This document shows positions 48,501 through 63,500 of a stretch of DNA of 64,000 nt, one piece after another. The notes under the pieces were generated by a model that saw nothing but the letters and a program-made list of their open reading frames with translations, was not told the origin of the DNA and made no database searches. The position numbers and the translations under genes were made by a program. The DNA is taken from assembly GCA_964016885.1 (NCBI GenBank), contig OZ024742.1:186248001-186312000 (forward strand). Reading direction: 5' to 3'. Numbering within the stretch: the stretch's first letter is position 1; the number at the start of each line of letters is the position of its first letter. The DNA comes from Eledone cirrhosa (lineage: Eukaryota).

Positions 48501-51500
48501 TAGTAGTGTTGGTGCCACAGTACAGTAGCAGTGCTGGTGTCACAGTACAGTAGTAGTGCTGGTGCCACAGTACAGTAGTAGTGTTGGTGCCACAGTACAG
48601 TAGTAGTGCTGGTGTCACAGTACAGTAGTAGTGTTGGTGTCACGGTACAGTAGTAGTGTTGGTCCCACAGTACAGTAGTAGTGTTGGTGTCACAGTACAG
48701 TAGTAGTGCTGGTGCCACAGTACAGTAGTAGTGTTGGTGTCACAGTACAGTAGTAGTGTTCGTGTCACAGTAGAGTAGAAGTGCTGGTGCCACAGTACAG
48801 TAGTACTGCTGGTGTCACAGTACAGTAGTAGTGTTGGTGCCACAGTACAGTAGTAGTGCTGGTGCCACAGTACACTAGTAGTGTTGTTACCATAGTACAG
48901 TAGTAGTGCTGGTGTCACAGTACAGTAGTAGTGTTGTTACCATAGAACAGTAGTAGTGCTGGTGCAACAGTACAGTAGTAGTGCTGGTGTCACAGTACAG
49001 TAGTAGTGCTGGTGTCACACTACAGTAGTAGTGCTGGTGCCACAGTACAGTAGTAGTGCTGGTGCCACATTACAGTAGTTGTGCTGGTGTCACAGTACAG
49101 TAGGAGTGCTGGTGCCACAGTACAGTAGTAGTGCTGGTGTCACAGTACAGTAGTAGTGTTGGTGTCACGGTACAGTAGTAGTGTTGGTGCAACAGCACAG
49201 TACAGTAGTAGTGTTGTTGCCACAGTACAGTAGTAGTGTCGGTGTCACAGTACAGTAGTAGTGCTGGTGCCACAGTACAGTAGTAGTGTCGGTGTCACAG
49301 TACAGTAGTAGTGCTGGTGCCACAGTACAGTAGTAGTGTTGGTGTCACAGTACAGTAGTAGTGCTGGTGCCACAGTACAGTAGTAGTGCTGGTGCCACAG
49401 TACAGTAGTAGTGCTGGTGCCACAGTACAGTAGTAGTGATGGTGTCACAGTACAGTAGTAGTGCTGGTGCCACAGTACAGTAGCAGTGCTGGTGTCACAG
49501 TAGAGTAGTGCTGGTGCCACAGTACAGTCGTGCTGGTGCGACAGTACAGTAGTAGTGTTGGTGTCACAGTACAGTAGTAGTGTTTTTGCCACAGTACAGT
49601 AGTAGTGTTGGTTCCACGGTACAGTAGTAGAGCTGGTGTCACGTTACACTAGTAGTGCTGGTCCCACAGTACAGTAGTAGTGTTGGTGCCACAGTACAGT
49701 AGTAGTGTTGGTGCCACAGTACAGTAGTAGTGCTGTTCCCCAGTACAGTAGTAGTGCTGGTGTCACAGTACAGTAGTAGTGTTGGTGTCACAGTACAGTA
49801 GTAGTGTTGGTGCCACAGTACAGTAGTAGAGCTGGTGCCACAGTACAGTAGTAGTGTTGGTGTCACAGTACAGTAGTAGTGCTGGTGTCACAGTACAGTA
49901 GTAATGCTGGTCCCACAGTGCAGTAGTAGTGTTGGTTCCACAGTACAGTAGTAGAGCTGGTGTCACAGTACAGTAGTAGAGCTGGTGTCACAGTACAGTA
50001 GTAGTGTTGGTGCCACAGTACAGTAGCAGTGCTGGTGTCACAGTACAGTAGTAGTGCTGGTGCCACAGTACAGTAGTAGTGTTGGTGCCACAGTACAGTA
50101 GTAGTGTTGGTGCCACAGTACAGTAGTAGTGTTGGTGCCACAGTACAGTAGTAGTGTTGGTCCCACAGTACAGTAGTAGTGTTGATCCCACAGTACAGTA
50201 GTAGTGCTTGTCCCACAGTACAGTTGTAGTGTTGGTGCCACAGTACAGTAGTAGTGTTGGTGCCACAGTACAGTAGTAGTGCTGTTCCACAGTACAGTAG
50301 TAGTGCTGGTGTCACAGTACAGTAGTAGTGCTGGTGTCACAGTACAGTAGTAGTGTTGGTGCCACAGTATAGTAGTAGTGTTGGTGTCACAGTACAGTAG
50401 TAGTGCTGGTGCCACAGTACAGTAGTAGTACTGGTGCCACAGTACATTATTAGTGCTGGTGCCACAGTACAGTAGTAGTGTTGGTGCCACAGTACATTAG
50501 TAGTGCTGGTGCCACAGTACAGTAGTAGTGCTGGTGTCACAGTAAAGTAAGTAGTAGTGCTGGTGTCACAGTACAGTAGTAGTGCTGGTGCCAGTTAAGT
50601 AGCAGTGCTGGTGTCACAGTACAGTAGTGCTGGTGTCACAGCACAGTAGTAGTGTTGGTGTCACAGTACAGTAGTAGTGCTGGTGCCACAATAAAGTAGT
50701 AGTGTTGGTGCCACAGTACAGTAGTAGTGCTGGTGTCACAGTACAGTAGTAGTGCTGGTGCCACAGTACAGTAGCAGTGTTGGTGCCACAGTACAGTAGT
50801 AGTGCTGGTGTCACAGTACAGTAGTAGTGTTGGTGCCACAGTACAGTAGTAGTGCTGGTGCCACAGTACAGTAGTAGTGCTGGTGCCACAGTAGTAGTGT
50901 TGTTACCATAGTACAGTAGTAGTGCTGGTGTCACAGTACAGTAGTAGTGTTGTTACCATAGTACAGTAGTAGTGCTGGTGTCACAGTACAGTAGTAGGGC
51001 TGGTGCCACATTACAGTAGTAGTGCTGGTGCCACAGTACAGTAGTTGTGCTGGTGTCACAGTACAGTAGTAGTGCTGGTGCCACAGTACAGTAGCAGTGT
51101 TGGTGCCACAGTACAGTAGTAGTGCTGGTGTCACAGTACAGTAGTAGTGTTGGTGCCACAGTACAGTAGTAGTGCTGGTGCCACAGTACAGTAGTAGTGC
51201 TGGTGCCACAGTAGTAGTGTTGTTACCATAGTACAGTAGTAGTGCTGGTGTCACAGTACAGTAGTAGTGTTGTTACCATAGTACAGTAGTAGTGCTGGTG
51301 TCACAGTACAGTAGTAGGGCTGGTGCCACATTACAGTAGTAGTGCTGGTGCCACAGTACAGTAGTTGTGCTGGTGTCACAGTACAGTAGTAGTGCTGGTG
51401 CCACAGTACAGTAGGAGTGCTGGTGCCACAGTACAGTAGTAGTGCTGGTGTCACAGTACAGTAGTAGTGTTGCTGTCACGGTACAGTAGTAGTGTTGGTG

Positions 51501-54500
51501 CAACAGCACAGTACAGTAGTAGTGTTGTTGCCACAGTACAGTAGTAGTGTTGGTGTCACAGTACAGTAGTAGTGCTGGTGCCACAGTACAGTAGCAGTGC
51601 TGGTGTCAGAGTACAGTAGTAGTGCTGGTGCCACAGTAGAGGAGTAGTGTTGGTGTCACAGTACAGTAGTAGTGCTGGTGCCACAGTACAGTAGCAGTGC
51701 TGGTGTCACAGTAGAGTAGTGCTGGTGCCACAGTACAGTAGTAGTGCTGCTGCCACAGTACAGTAGTAGTGCTGGTGCCACAGTACAGCAGTAGTGTTGT
51801 TGCCACAGTACACTAGTAGTGTTGGTGCCACAGTACAGTAGTAGTGTCGGTGCCACAGTACAGTAGTAGTGTTGGTTCCACGGTACAGTAGTAGAGCTGG
51901 TGTCACAGTTCAGTAGTAGTGCTGGTCCCACAGTACAGTAGTAGTGTTGGTGCCACAGTACAGTAGCAGTGCTGGTGTCACAGTACAGTAGTAGTGCTGG
52001 TGTCACAGTACAGTAGTAGTGCTGGTGCCACAGTACAGTAGTAGTGCTGGTGTCACAGTACAGTAGTAGTTTTGGTGTCACGGTACAGTAGTAGTGTTGG
52101 TGCAACAGCACAGTACAGTAGTAGTGTTGTTGCCACAGTACAGTAGTAGTGTTGGTCCCACAGTACAGTAGTAGTGTTAGTGTCACAGTACAGTAGTAGT
52201 GCTGGTGCCACAGTACAGTAGTAGAGCTGGTGTCACAGTACAGTAGTAGTGGTGGTGTCACAGTACAGTAGTAGTGTTGGTGCCACAGTACAGTAGTAGT
52301 GTTGCTGTCACAGTAAGTAGTAGTGTTGGTGTCACAGTACAGTAGTAGTGCTGGTGTCACAGTACAGTAGTAGTGCTGGTGCCACAGTACAGTAGTAGTG
52401 CTGGAGCCACAGTACAGTAGTAGTGTTGGTGTCACAGTACAGTAGTAGTGCTCGTGTCACAGTAGAGTAGTAGTGTTGTTGCCACAGTACAGTAGTAGTG
52501 TTGGTGTCACAGTTCAGTAGTAGTGCTGGTGCCACAGTACAGTAGCAATGCTGGTTTCACAGTACAGTAGTAGTGCTGGTGCCACAGTACAGTAGTAGTG
52601 CTGGTGCCACAGTAGAGTAGTAGTGTTGGTGTCACAGTACAGTAGTAGTGCTGGTCCCACAGTACAGTAGCAGTGCTGGTGTCACAGTAGAGTAGTGCTG
52701 GTGCCACAGTACAGTAGTAGTGCTGGTGTCACAGTACAGTAGTAGTGCTGGTGCCACAGTACAGTAGTAGTGCTGGTGCAAACAGTACAGTAGTAGTGTT
52801 GGTGTCACAGTACAGTAGTAGTGTTGTTGCCACAGTACAGTAGTAGTGTTGGTGCCACAGTACAGTAGTAGTGTTGGTGCCACAGTACAGTAGTAGTGTT
52901 GGTTCCACGGTACAGTAGTAGAGCTGGTGTCACAGTTCAGTAGTAGTGCTGGTCCCACAGTACAGTAGTAGTGTTGGTGCCACAGTACAGTAGCAGTGCT
53001 GGTGTCACAGTACAGTAGTAGTGCTGGTGCCACAGTACAGTAGTAGTGTTGGTGCCACAGTGCAGTAGTAGTGTTGGTCCCACAGTACAGTAGTAGAGCT
53101 GGTGTCACAGTACAGTAGTAGTGCTGGTGTCACAGTACAGTAGTAGTGCTGATGTCACAGTACAGTAGTAGGGTTGGTGTCACTGTACAGTAGTAGTGTT
53201 GGTCCCACAGTACAGTAGTAGTGTTGGTGTCACAGTACAGTAGTAGTGCTGGTGCCACAGTACAGTAGTAGAGCTGGTGTCACAGTACAGTAGTAGTGGT
53301 GGTGTCACAGTACAGTAGTAGTGTTGGTGCCACAGTACAGTAGTAGTGTTGCTGTCACAGTAAGTAGTAGTGTTGGTGTCACAGTACAGTAGTAGTGCTG
53401 GTGTCACAGTACAGTAGTAGTGCTGGTGCCACAGTACAGTAGTAGTGCTGGTGCCACAGTACAGTAGTAGTGTTGGTGTCACAGTACAGTAGTAGTGCTC
53501 GTGTCACAGTAGAGTAGTAGTGTTGTTGCCACAGTACAGTAGTAGTGTTGGTGTCACAGTACAGTAGTAGTGCTGGTGCCACAGTACAGTAGCAATGCTG
53601 GTGTCACAGTACAGTAGTAGTGCTGGTGCCACAGTACAGTAGTAGTGCTGGTGCCACAGTAGAGTAGTAGTGTTGGTGTCACAGTACAGTAGTAGTGCTG
53701 GTCCCACAGTACAGTAGCAGTGCTGGTGTCACAGTAGAGTAGTGCTGGTGCCACAGTACAGTAGTAGTGCTGGTGTCAGAGTACAGTAGTAGTGCTGGTG
53801 CCACAGTACAGTAGTAGTGCTGGTGCCACAGTACAGTAGTAGTGTTGGTGTCACAGTACAGTAGTAGTGTTGTTGCCACAGAACAGTAGTAGTGTTGGTG
53901 CCACGGTACAGTAGTAGTGTTGGTGCCACAGTACAGTAGTAGTGTTGGTTCCACGGTACAGTAGTAGAGCTGGTGTCACAGTTCAGTAGTAGTGCTGGTC
54001 CCACAGTACAGTAGTAGTGTTGGTGCCACAGTACAGTAGCAGTGCTGGTGTCACAGTACAGTAGTAGTGCTGGTGCCACAGTACAGTAGTAGTGTTGGTG
54101 CCACAGTACAGTAGTAGTGCTGGTGTCACAGTACAGTAGTAGTGTTGGTGTCACGGTACAGTAGTAGTGTTGGTGCAACAGCACAGTACAGTAGTAGTGT
54201 TGGTGTCACGGTACAGTAGTAGTGTTGGTGCAACAGCACAGTACAGTAGTAGTGTTGTTGCCACAGTACAGTAGTAGTGTTGTTGCCGCAGTACAGTAGT
54301 AGTGTTGGTCCCACAGTACAGTAGTAGTGTTGGTGTCACAGTACAGTAGTAGTGCTGGTGCCACAGTACAGTAGTAGTGTTGGTGTCACAGTACAGTAGT
54401 AGTGTTCGTGTCACAGTAGAGTAGAAGTGCTGGTGCCACAGTACAGTAGTACTGCTGGTGTCACAGTACAGTAGTAGTGTTGGTGCCACAGTACAGTAGT

Positions 54501-57500
54501 AGTGCTGGTGCCACAGTACACTAGTAGTGTTGTTACCATAGTACAGTAGTAGTGCTGGTGTCACAGTACAGTAGTAGTGTTGTTACCATAGAACAGTAGT
54601 AGTGCTGGTGCAACAGTACAGTAGTAGTGCTGGTGTCACAGTACAGTAGTAGTGCTGGTGTCACACTACAGTAGTAGTGCTGGTGCCACAGTACAGTAGT
54701 AGTGCTGGTGCCACATTACAGTAGTTGTGCTGGTGTCACAGTACAGTAGTAGTGCTGGTGCCACAGTACAGTAGGAGTGCTGGTGCCACAGTACAGTAGT
54801 AGTGCTGGTGTCACAGTACAGTAGTAGTGTTGGTGTCACGGTACAGTAGTAGTGTTGGTGCAACAGCACAGTACAGTAGTAGTGTTGTTGCCACAGTACA
54901 GTAGTAGTGTCGGTGTCACAGTACAGTAGTAGTGCTGGTGCCACAGTACAGTAGTAGTGTCGGTGTCACAGTACAGTAGTAGTGCTGGTGCCACAGTACA
55001 GTAGTAGTGTTGGTGTCACAGTACAGTAGTAGTGCAGGTGCCACAGTACAGTAGTAGTGCTGGTGCCACAGTACAGTAGTAGTGCTGGTGCCACAGTACA
55101 GTAGTAGTGATGGTGTCACAGTACAGTAGTAGTGCTGGTGCCACAGTACAGTAGCAGTGCTGGTGTCACAGTAGAGTAGTGCTGGTGCCACAGTACAGTA
55201 GTGCTGGTGCGACAGTACAGTAGTAGTGTTGGTGTCACAGTACAGTAGTAGTGTTTTTGCCACAGTACAGTAGTAGTGTTGGTGCCACAGTAGAGTAGTA
55301 GTGTTGGTGCCACAGTACAGTAGTAGTGTTGGTTCCACGGTACAGTAGTAGAGCTGGTGTCACAATACACTAGTAGTGCTGGTCCCACAGTACACTAGTA
55401 GTGTTGGTGCCACAGTACAGAAGCAGTACTGGTGTCACAGTACGGTAGTAGTGCTGGTGCCACAGTACAGTAGTAGTGCTGGTGTCACAGTACAGTAGTA
55501 GTGCTGATGCCACAGTACAGTAGTAGTATTGGTGCCACAGTACAGTAGTAGTGTTGGTGTCACAGTAAGTAGTAGTGTTGGTGTCACAGTACAGTAGTAG
55601 TGCTGGTGTCACAGTACAGTAGTAGTGCTGGTGCCACAGTACAGTAGTAGTGCTGGTGCCACAGTACAGTAGTAGTGTTGGTATCACAGTACAGTAGTAG
55701 TGCTCGTGTCACAGAAGAGTAGTAGTGCTGGTGCCACAGTACAGTAGTAGGGCTGGTGTCACAGTACAGTAGTAGTGCTGGTGTCACAGTACAGTAGTAG
55801 TGCTGGTGCCACAGTACAGAAGTAGTGTTGGTGCCACAGTAGAGTAGTGCTGGTGTCACAGTACAGTAGTAGTGCTCGTGTCACAGAAGAGTAGTAGTGC
55901 TGGTGCCACAGTACAGTAGTAGTGCTGGTGCCACAGTACAGTAGCAGTGTTGGTGTCACAGTAGAGTAGTGCTGGTGTCACAGTACAGTAGTAGTGTTGG
56001 TGCCACAGTACAGTAGTAGAGCTGGTGCCACAGTACAGTAGTAGTGCTGGTATCACAGTACAGTAGTAGTGCTGGTGCCACAGTACAGTAGTAGTGTTGG
56101 TGTCACAGTACAGTAGTAGTGCTGGTGTCACAGTACAGTAGTAATGCTGGTCCCACAGTGCAGTAGTAGTGTTGGTTCCACAGTACAGTAGTAGAGCTGG
56201 TGTCACAGTACAGTAGTAGAGCTGGTGTCACAGTACAGTAGTAGTGTTGGTGCCACAGTACAGTAGCAGTGCTGGTGTCACAGTACAGTAGTAGTGCTGG
56301 TGCCACAGTACAGTAGTAGTGCTGGTGTCACAGTAGAGTAGTAGTGTTGGTGCCACAGTACAGTAGTAGTGTTGGTGCCACAGTACAGTAGTGTTGGTCC
56401 CACAGTACAGTAGTAGTGTTGATCCCACAGTACAGTAGTAGTGCTTGTCCCACAGTACAGTTGTAGTGTTGGTGCCACAGTACAGCAGTAGTGTTGGTGC
56501 CACAGTACAGTAGTAGTGCTGTTCCACACTACAGTAGTAGTGCTGGTGTCACAGTACAGTAGTAGTGCTGGTGTCACATACAGTAGTAGTGTTGGTGCCA
56601 CAGTATGGTAGTAGTGTTGGTGTCACAGTACAGTAGTAGTGCTGGTGCCACAGTACAGTAGTAGTACTGGTGCCACAGTACATTATTAGTGCTGGTGCCA
56701 CAGTACAGTAGTAGTGTTGGTGCCACAGTACATTAGTAGTGCTGGTGCCACAGTACAGTAGTAGTGCTGGTGTCACAGTAAAGTAAGTAGTAGTGCTGGT
56801 GTCACAGTACAGTAGTAGTGCTGGTGCCACAGTTAAGTAGCAGTGCTGGTGTCACAGTACAGTAGTGCTGGTGTCACAGCACAGTAGTAGTGTTGGTGCC
56901 ACAGTACAGTAGTAGTGCTGGTGTCACAGTACAGTAGTAGTGCTGGTGCCACAGTACAGTAGCAGTGTTGGTGCCACAGTACAGTAGTAGTGCTGGTGTC
57001 ACAGTACAGTAGTAGTGTTGGTGCCACAGTACAGTAGTAGTGCTGGTGCCACAGTACAGTAGTAGTGTTGTTACCATAGTACAGTAGTAGTGCTGGTGTC
57101 ACAGTACAGTAGTAGTGTTGTTACCATAGTACAGTAGTAGTGCTGGTGTCACAGTACAGTAGTAGTGTTGTTACCATAGTACAGTAGTAGTGCTGGTGTC
57201 ACAGTACAGTAGTAGTGCTGGTGTCACAGTACAGTAGTTGTGCTGGTGTCACAGTACAGTAGTAGTGTTGTTACCATAGTACAGTAGTAGTGCTGGTGTC
57301 ACAGTACAGTAGTAGTGCTGGTGTCACAGTACAGTAGTTGTGCTGGTGTCACAGTACAGTAGTAGTGCTGGTGCCACAGTACAGTAGGAGTGCTTGTGCC
57401 ACAGTACAGTAGTAGTGCTGGTGTCACAGTACAGTAGTAGTGTTGGTGTCACGGTACAGTAGTAGTGTTGGTGCAACAGCACAGTACAGTAGTAGTGTTG

Positions 57501-60500
57501 TTGCCACAGTACAGTAGTAGTGTTGGTGTCACAGTACATTAGTAGTGCTGGTGCCACAGTACAGTAGCAGTGCTGGTGTCAGAGTACAGTAGTAGTGCTG
57601 GTGCCACAGTACAGTAGTAGTGCTGGTGCCACAGTAGAGGAGTAGTGTTGGTGTCACAGTACAGTAGTAGTGCTGGTGCCACAGTACAGTAGCAGTGCTG
57701 GTGTCACAGTAGAGTAGTGCTGGTGCCACAGTACAGTAGTAGTGCTGCTGCCACAGTACAGTAGTAGTGCTGGTGCCACAGTACAGCAGTAGTGTTGTTG
57801 CCACAGTACACTAGTAGTGTTGGTGCCACAGTACAGTAGTAGTGTTGGTTCCACGGTACAGTAGTAGAGCTGGTGTCACAGTTCAGTAGTAGTGCTGGCC
57901 CCACAGTACAGTAGTAGTGTTGGTGCCACAGTACAGTAGCAGTGCTGGTGTCACAGTACAGTAGTAGTGCTGGTGTCACAGTACAGTAGTAGTGCTGGTG
58001 CCACAGTACAGTAGTAGTGTTGGTGTCACAGTAAGTAGTAGTGTTGGTGTCACAGTACAGTAGTAGTGCTGGTGCCACAGTACAGTAGTAGTGCTGGTGC
58101 CACAGTACAGTAGTAGTGTTGGTGACACAGTACAGTAGTAGTGCTCGTGTCACAGTAGAGTAGTAGTGCTGGTGCCACAGTACAGTAGTAGTGCTGGTGT
58201 CACAGTACAGTAGTAGTGTTGGTGCAACAGCACAGTACAGTAGTAGTGTTGTTGCCAGAGTACAGTAGTAGTGTTGGTCCCACAGTACAGTAGTGTTGGT
58301 GTCACAGTACAGTAGTAGTGCTGGTGCCACAGTACAGTAGTAGAGCTGGTGTCACAGTACAGTAGTAGTGGTGGTGTCACAGTACAGTAGTAGTGTTGGT
58401 GCCACAGTACAGTAGTAGTGTTGGTGTCACAGTAAGTAGTAGTGTTGGTGTCACAGTACAGTAGTAGTGCTGGTGCCACAGTACAGTAGTAGTGCTGGTG
58501 CCACAGTACAGTAGTAGTGTTGGTGACACAGTACAGTAGTAGTGCTCGTGTCACAGTAGAGTAGTAGTGCTGGTGCCACAGTACAGTAGTAGTGCTGGTG
58601 TCACAGTACAGTAGTAGTGCTGGTGCCACAGTACAGTAGAACTGCTGGTGTCCCAGGACAGTAGTAGTGCTGGTGCCACAGTACAGTAGTAGTGCTGGTG
58701 CCACAGTACAGTAGTAGTGTTGGTGTCACAGTACAGTAGCAGTGCTGGTGCCACAGTACAGTAGCAGTGCTGGTGTCACAGTAGAGTAGTGCTGGTGTCA
58801 CAGTAGAGTAGTGCTGGTGCCACAGTACAGTAGTAGTGCTGGTGTCACAGTAGAGTAGTGCTGGTGCCAAAGTACAGTAGTAGTGCTGGTGCCACAGTAC
58901 AGTAGTAGTGTTGGTGTCACAGTACAGTAGTAGTGCCGGTGCCACAGTACAGTAGTAGTGTTGGTTCCACAGTACATTAGTAGTGCTGGTGCCACAGTAC
59001 AGTAGTAGTGCTGGTGTCACAGTAAAGTAAGTAGTAGTGCTGGTGTCACAGTACAGTAGTAGTGCTGGTGACACAGTTAAGTAGCAGTGCTGGTGTCAAA
59101 GCACAGTAGTAGTGTTGGTGTCACAGTACAGTAGTAGTGTTGGTGTCACCGTACAGTAGTAGTGCTGCTGTCACAGTACAGTAGTAGTGCTGGTCTCACA
59201 GTACAGTAGTAGTGCTGATGTCACAGTACAGTAGTAGTGTTGGTGTCACAGTACAGTAGTAGTGCTGGTGCCACAGTACAGTAGCAGCGTTGGTGCCACA
59301 GTACAGTAGTAGTGCTGGTGCCACAGTACAGTAGTAGTGTTGGTTCCACAGTACAGTAGTAGTGCTGGTGCCACAGTACAGTAGTAGTGCTGGTGTCACA
59401 TTACAGTAGTAGTGCTGGTGCCACAGTACAATAGTAGTGCTGGTTCCACAGTACAGTAGTAGTGCTGGTGCCACAGTACAGTAGTAGTGATGGTGTCACA
59501 GTACAGTAGTAGTGCAGGTGTCACAGTACAGTAGTAGTGCTGGTGTCACAGTACAGTAGTAGTGTTGGTGCCACAGTACAGTAGTAGAGCTGGTGTCACA
59601 GTACAGTAGTAGTGCTGGTGTCACAGTACAGTAGTAGTGCTGGTGCCACAGTACAGTAGCAGTGTTGGTGCCACAGTACAGTAGTAGTGCTGGTGTCACA
59701 GTACAGTAGTAGTGTTGGTGCCACAGTACAGTAGTAGTGCTGGTGCCACAGTACACTAGTAGTGTTGTTACCATAGTACATTAGTAGTGCTGGTGTCACA
59801 GTACAGTAGTAGCGTTGTTACCATAGTACAGTAGTAGTGCTGGTGCAACAGTACAGTAGTAATGCTGGTGTCACAGTACAGTAGTAGTGCTGTTCCACAG
59901 TACAATAGTAGTGCTGGTGTCACAGTACAGTAGTAGTGCTGGTGCCACAGTACAGTAGCAGTGCTGGTGTCACAGTAGTGCTGGTGCCACAGTACAGTAG
60001 TAGTGCTGGTGCCACAGTACAGTAGTGCTGGTGCCACAGTACAGTAGTAGTGTTGGTGTCACTGTACAGTAGTAGTGTTGTTGCCACAGTACAGAAGTAG
60101 TGTTGGTGCCACAGTACAGTAGTAGTGTTGGTGTCACAGTACAGTAGCAGTGTTGGTGCCACAGTACAGTAGTAGTGCTGGTGCCACAGTACAGTAGTAG
60201 TGTTGGTTCCACATTACAGTAGTAGTGCTGGTGCCACAGTACAGTAGTAGTGTTGCTGTCACATTACAGTAGTAGTGCTGGTCCCACAGTTCAGTAGTAG
60301 TGCTCGTGCCACAGTACAGTAGTAGTGCTGGTGCCACAGTACAGTAGTAGTTATAGTGTCAAAGTACAGTAGTAGTGCAGGTGTCACAGTACAGCAGTAG
60401 TGCAGGTGTCACAGTACAGTAGTAGTGCTGGTGTCACAGTATAGTAGTAGTGTTGGTGCCACAGTACAGTAGTAGTGTTGGTGTCACAGTACAGTAGTAG

Positions 60501-63500
60501 TGCTGGTGCCACAGTACAGTAGCAGTGTTGGTGCCACAGTACAGTAGTAGTGTTGGTGCCACAGTACAGTAGTAGTGCTGGTGTCACAGTACAGTAGTAG
60601 TGCTGGTCCCACAGTACAGTAGCAGTGCTGGTGTCACAGTAGAGTAGTGCTGGTGCCACAGTACAGTAGTAGTGTTGATGTCACAGTAGAGTAGTGCTGG
60701 TGCCACAGTACAGTAGTAGTGCTGCTGCCACAGTACAGTAGTAGTGCTGGTGCCACAGTACAGCAGTAGTGTTGTTGCCACAGTACACTAGTAGTGTTGG
60801 TGCCACAGTACAGTAGTAGTGTCGGTGCCACAGCACAGTAGTAGTGTTGGTTCCACGGTACAGTAGTAGAGCTGGTGTCACAGTTCAGTAGTAGTGCTGG
60901 TCCCACAGTACAGTAGTAGTGTTGGTGCCACAGTACAGTAGCAGTGCTGGTGTCACAGTACAGTAGTAGTGCTGGTGTCACAGTACAGTAGTAGTGCTGG
61001 TGCCACAGTACAGTAGTAGTGCTGGTGTCACAGTACAGTAGTAGTTTTGGTGTCACGGTACAGTAGTAGTGTTGGTGCAACAGCACAGTACAGTAGTAGT
61101 GTTGTTGCCACAGTACAGTAGTAGTGTTGGTCCCACAGTACAGTAGTAGTGTTGGTGTCACAGTACAGTAGTAGTGCTGGTGCCACAGTACAGTAGTAGA
61201 GCTGGTGTCACAGTACAGTAGTAGTGGTGGTGTCACAGTACAGTAGTAGTGTTGGTGCCACAGTACAGTAGTAGTGTTGCTGTCACAGTAAGTAGTAGTG
61301 TTGGTGTCACAGTACAGTAGTAGTGCTGGTGTCACAGTACAGTAGTAGTGCTGGTGCCACAGTACAGTAGTAGTGCTGGAGCCACAGTACAGTAGTAGTG
61401 TTGGTGTCACAGTACAGTAGTAGTGCTCGTGTCACAGTAGAGTAGTAGTGTTGTTGCCACAGTACAGTAGTAGTGTTGGTGTCACAGTACAGTAGTAGTG
61501 CTGGTGCCACAGTACAGTAGCAATGCTGGTGTCACAGTACAGTAGTAGTGCTGGTGCCACAGTACAGTAGTAGTGCTGGTGCCACAGTAGAGTAGTAGTG
61601 TTGGTGTCACAGTACAGTAGTAGTGCTGGTCCCACAGTAGAGTAGCAGTGCTGGTGCCACAGTACAGTAGTAGTGCTGGTGTCACAGTACAGTAGTAGTG
61701 CTGGTGCCACAGTACAGTAGTAGTGCTGGTGCAAACAGTACAGTAGTAGTGTTGGTGTCACAGTACAGTAGTAGTGTTGTTGCCACAGTACAGTAGTAGT
61801 GTTGGTGCCACAGTACAGTAGTAGTGTTGGTGCCACAGTACAGTAGTAGTGTTGGTTCCACGGTACAGTAGTAGAGCTGGTGTCACAGTTCAGTAGTAGT
61901 GCTGGTCCCACAGTACAGTAGTAGTGTTGGTGCCACAGTACAGTAGTAGTGTTGGTCCCACAGTACAGTAGTAGAGCTGGTGTCACAGTACAGTAGTAGT
62001 GCTGGTGTCACAGTACAGTAGTAGTGCTGATGTCACAGTACAGTAGTAGGGTTGGTGTCACTGTACAGTAGTAGTGTTGGTCCCACAGTACAGTAGTAGT
62101 GTTGGTCCCACAGTACAGTAGTAGTGTTGGTGTCACAGTACAGTAGTAGTGCTGGTGCCACAGTACAGTAGTAGAGCTGGTGTCACAGTACAGTAGTAGT
62201 GGTGGTGTAACAGTACAGTAGTAGTGTTGGTGCCACAGTACAGTAGTAGTGTTGCTGTCACAGTAAGTAGTAGTGTTGGTGTCACAGTACAGTAGTAGTG
62301 CTGGTGTCACAGTACAGTAGTAGTGCTGGTGCCACAGTACAGTAGCAGTGCTGGTGCCACAGTACAGTAGTAGTGTTGGTGTCACAGTACAGTAGTAGTG
62401 CTCGTGTCACAGTAGAGTAGTAGTGTTGTTGCCACAGTACAGTAGTAGTGTTGGTGTCACAGTACAGTAGTAGTGCTGGTGCCACAGTACAGTAGCAATG
62501 CTGGTGTCACAGTACAGTAGTAGTGCTGGTGCCACAGTACAGTAGTAGTGCTGGTGCCACAGTAGAGTAGTAGTGTTGGTGTCACAGTACAGTAGTAGTG
62601 CTGGTCCCACAGTACAGTAGCAGTGCTGGTGTCACAGTAGAGTAGTGCTGGTGCCACAGTACAGTAGTAGTGCTGGTGTCACAGTACAGTAGTAGTGCTG
62701 GTGCCACAGTACAGTAGTAGTGCTGGTGCCACAGTACAGTAGTAGTGTTGGTGTCACAGTACAGTAGTAGTGTTGTTGCCACAGAACAGTAGTAGTGTTG
62801 GTGCCACAGTACAGTAGTAGTGCTGGTGTCACAGTACAGTAGTAGTGCTGGTGCCACAGTACAGTAGTAGTGTTGGTGCCACAGTACAGTAGTAGTGTTG
62901 GTGTCACAGTAAGTAGTAGTGTTGGTGTCACAGTACAGTAGTGGTGCTGGTGCCACAGTACAGTAGTAGTGCTGGTGCCACAGTACAGTAGTAGTGTTGG
63001 TATCACAGTACAGTAGTAGTGCTCGTGTCACAGAAGAGTAGTAGTGCTGGTGCCACAGTACAGTAGTAGGGCTGGTGTCACAGTACAGTAGTAGTGCTGG
63101 TGCCACAGTACAGTAGTAGTGCTGGTGTCACAGTACAGTAGTAGTGCTGGTGCCACAGTACAGTAGTAGTGTTGGTGCCACAGTAGAGTAGTGCTGGTGT
63201 CACAGTAGTAGTGCTCGTGTCACAGAAGAGTAGTAGTGCTGGTGCCACAGTACAGTAGTAGTGCTGGTGCCACAGTACAGTAGCAGTGTTGGTGTCACAG
63301 TAGAGTAGTGCTGGTGTCACAGTACAGTAGTAGTGTTGGTGCCACAGTACAGTAGTAGAGCTGGTGCCACAGTACAGTAGTAGTGCTGGTATCACAGTAC
63401 AGTAGTAGTGCTGGTGCCACAGTACAGTAGTAGTGTTGGTGTCACAGTACAGTAGTAGTGCTGGTGTCACAGTACAGTAGTAATGCTGGTCCCACAGTGC

